A stretch of DNA of 41,948 nucleotides from Octopus bimaculoides (Eukaryota), in NCBI RefSeq assembly GCF_001194135.2, contig NC_068990.1, positions 42,277,146 through 42,319,093 of the forward strand, read 5' to 3'. The position numbers and the translations under genes are program-made. The stretch's first letter is position 1; each line of letters opens with the position of its first letter. This document shows positions 38,167 through 41,948 of the stretch, one piece after another. Below the pieces are notes generated by a model that searched no databases, was not told the DNA's origin, and was given only the letters and a program-made list of their open reading frames with translations.

Positions 38167-38523
38167 AGATATGAACTCAGAGAACTGTACAGCTATCAGA
38201 GTATGTTCCTCTTACGAGTTCGGCTAACAGTTCACGTAGTAATCAATTATTCTATGTGTATATGTATGGCGATTGTCGTACGCTGAAGAAGGGAAATAAC
38301 CCTGAAACTCGGGTACGTACGTATCGTAGATCAAGATGGGAAAGATAACTTCCCTTGGCAAATACAGTCAGGGCACAGATGTGTGTCGATAGCCAGCTGG
38401 AGGAGATGTCCTCCTGGGGCTAAAAGCGACAGTAACATCCACCCCTCGGGGTCAGCCACATTTAAGTGGCAAATATACTTCACTTTATCGTGCAGTTACT
38501 GTTAATACCTCGTTCAGAGATTT
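38161..38523 (+). mobile_element. Hammerhead-containing structured element (Penelope-like pLTR fragment or retrozyme-like), bounded by (CA)n(TA)n and (TA)n
   Basis: Contains a complete hammerhead core and multiple hairpins; no ORF; class is inferred from the known association of minimal type I hammerheads with Penelope-like elements. Confidence 0.55.
38269..38327 (+). ncRNA. Type I hammerhead ribozyme (short helix III)
   Basis: Helix I CGTACG (38277-38282)/CGTACG (38316-38321); core CTGAAGA (38283-38289); helix II AGGG-AAATAA-CCCT (38290-38303); GAAA (38304-38307); helix III AC-TCGG-GT; GUA cleavage triplet 38313-38315. Confidence 0.85.
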
Positions 38524-39844
38524 AATATATATATATATATANNNNNNNNNNNNNNNNNNNNNNNNNNNNNNNNNNNNNNNNNNNNNNNNNNNNNNNNNNN
38601 NNNNNNNNNNNNNNNNNNNNNNNNNNNNNNNNNNNNNNNNNNNNNNNNNNNNNNNNNNNNNNNNNNNNNNNNNNNNNNNNNNNNNNNNNNNNNNNNNNNN
38701 NNNNNNNNNNNNNNNNNNNNNNNNNNNNNNNNNNNNNNNNNNNNNNNNNNNNNNNNNNNNNNNNNNNNNNNNNNNNNNNNNNNNNNNNNNNNNNNNNNNN
38801 NNNNNNNNNNNNNNNNNNNNNNNNNNNNNNNNNNNNNNNNNNNNNNNNNNNNNNNNNNNNNNNNNNNNNNNNNNNNNNNNNNNNNNNNNNNNNNNATATA
38901 TATATATATATATAAAATATATTCAACGAAGAAGTGTGTACCCACCACCACTGATGTTTGATAAAACTATATTAATGTGCATGGGATTTCTTGATGGATG
39001 GTAAAGGTACTGAAGAACCTTTTTCATGGTCACTTGATTTGCTAGAAATAAGCCCTAATTCGTGCTACACAAGAGTCTCTAATAACAAAAGGCAAAATGG
39101 ATTATGTAACCCGGTGAGGTCAAATACCTGACAACAGCAACAACAACGACGCTATGTCTATATTTCATAATGTAATTTGATGAAATATATTTCGCATGTA
39201 AGCATTCTATTTTATAAATGAGTTTTAACTTCAAAAAGGGTCAAATTATTACTTAGATTTTAGCATATCAGTCATTCAATTCAGCAGCAATATATTGTAG
39301 GAAAAGGCTTTAAAATGTAGATAAAAGAATAAACTAAAAGAGACATTAAAATCAACTGTAATACCTCCCGATTATGAAATCAGAGAAAACAAAGGAAAAG
39401 AAGTTGGGACCTCTTGAAGTAAAAGTCGAAAGCAATTAATGCCATATGATGTCAGTGTCGGAGAGAGGGCGCATGGTGTCAGGGAGAGAGAAGGTGGATG
39501 TGTGAGGAGCAGGACTAAAGTGGAGTCGTGGAGCACGTGCAGTGGTGGGAGTGTCTGGACAGGAAGAGGTGGAGGGTTGAAAAGGAAGTGGAGTTTGTGG
39601 TTCTTGGTGTGTGTGAAAAAGTTAAAGAGTTGGTAGTTGAGGCCAAGCAAGAGGTGGAGAATAGGTTGGGTGAAAGGTGAAGGGCAAAGAGAGGAGAGGG
39701 GACGGTAAGCATATGTATATGTATGTATGTGTGTGTGTATCTATGTGTATATAGTATATATTGTGTTTGTGTGTATGTGTGTGTGTGTGCATATGTGTGT
39801 GTGTATACACACACACATGCACACATATATATATATATATATAG

Positions 39845-40000
39845 TAGCAGCATGCCCGAACGGTTTACGAGTTCGCTTTGCAGCCACGAGGGTTCGTGCA
39901 TTGTGCGACATCTCGGACAAAAGTCATTTACAATAGTCTAGGGACGGCCTAAATATATTAAGTGGAACCGAGAAAACTGAAACTGTATAGAAACTCATCG
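39845..40000 (+). mobile_element. SINE family 2, degenerate 5' half
   Basis: GCATGCC..GCTTTGCAGCCAC..TTACAATAGTCTAGGG..GAAAACTGAAACTG..AGAAACTCATCG aligns loosely to 16809-16965. Confidence 0.5.
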
Positions 40001-40195
40001 AATGAATTGTACCTGTAATTCAAAGGTACGGGTCTATCGCATACTGTGTTATGCTAATTTTGTCTGAATTCTCATTGACAAGCGATACAAATCCACCCCT
40101 CCATCCATGAGGCGGAAAAGTATATTACACGGGGAACATTAATAAACAATTTAAATATAAAATCAGTATATAATCGTGTACTCCTATATATCATG

Positions 40196-40332
40196 TATTG
40201 GTTTTAAATTTTGGCACAAGGAAAGCAATTTCGAAGGAAGGTGTAAATTGATTACACCGACCCTAGTGCCCAACTGGTGTTTATCTTATCGACCTCGAAA
40301 GACTGAAAGGCAAATATCGACCTCGGCGGAAA
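40196..40332 (-). mobile_element. SINE family 1, 3' part (alternative 3' end)
   Basis: TTGGTTTTAAATTTTGGCACAAGG..GATTACACCGACCCTAGTG..CTGAAAGGCAAA..CGACCTCGGCGGAA. Confidence 0.75.
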
Positions 40333-41014
40333 ATTTCTATGTATTATATAATACCAAATGAGATAAAGTGAGTCTTAATCATTACTAGTTGTAATTGCAA
40401 TTCGGAACAAACAATGGAGTTCACCTCTTTGAACGCGGAAAGTGGATATATCCGCTCAAATTTCATTACTTTTAACTGTGGAAACTGGTTTTACCCAACT
40501 GTTTTGACAAAAGAAAAAAAGAAATTTTCCTTATATTGCATGAAGGAGAGATACCCCCAGTGATTCTTTTTGCAAAAGAAAAATTTTCAGATTTTCTTAA
40601 CTTTTTTACACATTTTATCAAATCAAATGTCTCTTTATAGACAAAGATTCACATAATTTTATGGGTGGTGAATATGAAAACCGTACTTACAGAGGATACC
40701 GAAAATTTTTTGCAGAAGCAGAAAATATAAATAATAATTTTGGTGGATATTTAACATCATTATTTGAATGACTATGAAATTTAATTACGCAGTCAAAGGA
40801 TTGATAAATTTGAAAGAAATGAGGGTAATTCTATTTTTAAAGTTTCATTTTACATTTTGTATCTACTTTTAATTTATATTTCCATTCTTATTCTTTCTAT
40901 CTTTCTTTCTCTCTCATGCCTTGACAGAATGAAAATAGCACCGTCGTGACTGGGTTTTAAAATCTTGTGTTGGCTTTTTCCATCATCTGATGTGACCATA
41001 GCATTTTTCTTTTT

Positions 41015-41189
41015 CATGGCTGTGAGTTTAAGAAGTTGGCTTTGCAGCAACACGGTTTCGGGATTGGTCCCACACTATGGGTACGTGTATCTAATATAGC
41101 CCTGAGCCGACCTATGACTTGTAAGCGAATTTGATAGAGGAAAACTGTGTGGGAGCCATTAGTATGTACATGTGTATATGTGAGAGAGA

Positions 41190-41282
<93 letters not shown>

Positions 41283-41470
41283 CGCGTTTGTATTTGTGTT
41301 TTCCCGCCCACTTCCTGCGATTGACAACCATCGTTCGTTTGTCGATGTAACCGCACCTTAGCGGCCGATACAATAAGTATAATCTTAGGATCGATTTGTT
41401 TGACTAAACCCCTCATGGCAATATCCAGTATGGCTGCGTTCCAGTGACTGAAACCAATTAAAGATAAATA
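41015..41470 (+). mobile_element. SINE family 2, degenerate full-length copy with internal (GA)n expansion
   Basis: CATGGCTGTG..TATAGCCCTGAGCCGACC..GGAAAACTGTG; (GA)n 41181-41282; TTGACAACC..ATAAGTA..GATCGATTTGTTTGACTAAA..CCAGTATGGCTGC..GACTGAAAC. Confidence 0.7.
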
Positions 41471-41730
41471 AAATTAAAGAAGAAGTATTTTATTTACTAA
41501 AATTCAGTGGCAAGTTTTAGTTCTTGAGAATGGTGTTCAGAATAACGAGACTTGGAATATCGACAGAAATTTTTTCCGACACTGTTGCCAGTTCGCCATC
41601 ATTTTATATATTGCTTTGAACGGCATTGAAATAAATTTAAATACGCGCATACACATAAAAATTTATACGCACAATATATGTATATGCACATACATATATA
41701 CTTGTATGCATATCTCACACGCACACACAT

Positions 41731-41761
<31 letters not shown>

Positions 41762-41948
41762 AGAACAACAACAACACACATATATACATATATATTGATG
41801 TATATGCATATATATGCACACATACGAATATAAATATACATCCATACATATGTGTGCATTAATCGATTAAAGTACACATATATCGACAGCGATATATATA
41901 TATGTGTATATGTGTATGTATGTATGTGTGTGTGTATATATATATATA

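Noticed and set aside
40640-40771. 43-codon open frame DKDSHNFMGGEYENRTYRGYRKFF.. in a region resembling DNA-transposon subterminal sequence
   Set aside because: No start context, no partner TIR found, no motif

Overview
AT-rich, microsatellite-saturated eukaryotic draft-genome DNA with 13 N-gaps (about 5 kb). The tRNA-headed SINE families and repeat landscape suggest an octopus (inference). No host protein-coding exon, rRNA, tRNA gene or CRISPR array can be supported; almost all ORFs in the supplied track are translated microsatellites or run through Ns. Interpretable content is mobile DNA: (i) six fragments of R4/Dong-clade non-LTR retrotransposons, four of which plus an unclassified 556-bp non-coding element are stacked in one orientation inside a single (TAA)n array at 28.7-33.5 kb, one of them having lost its RT core; (ii) a full-length dead mariner with both 26-bp TIRs and TA duplication; (iii) two inverted 3' fragments of an L1/Tx1-like LINE; (iv) about 18 SINE copies or remnants of three families; (v) a complete type I hammerhead ribozyme motif (core 38277-38321) inside a structured 360-bp element between microsatellites, which is the most notable single signal. 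All alignments, translations and folds were done by eye; family names are recognitions from motifs, not database hits.
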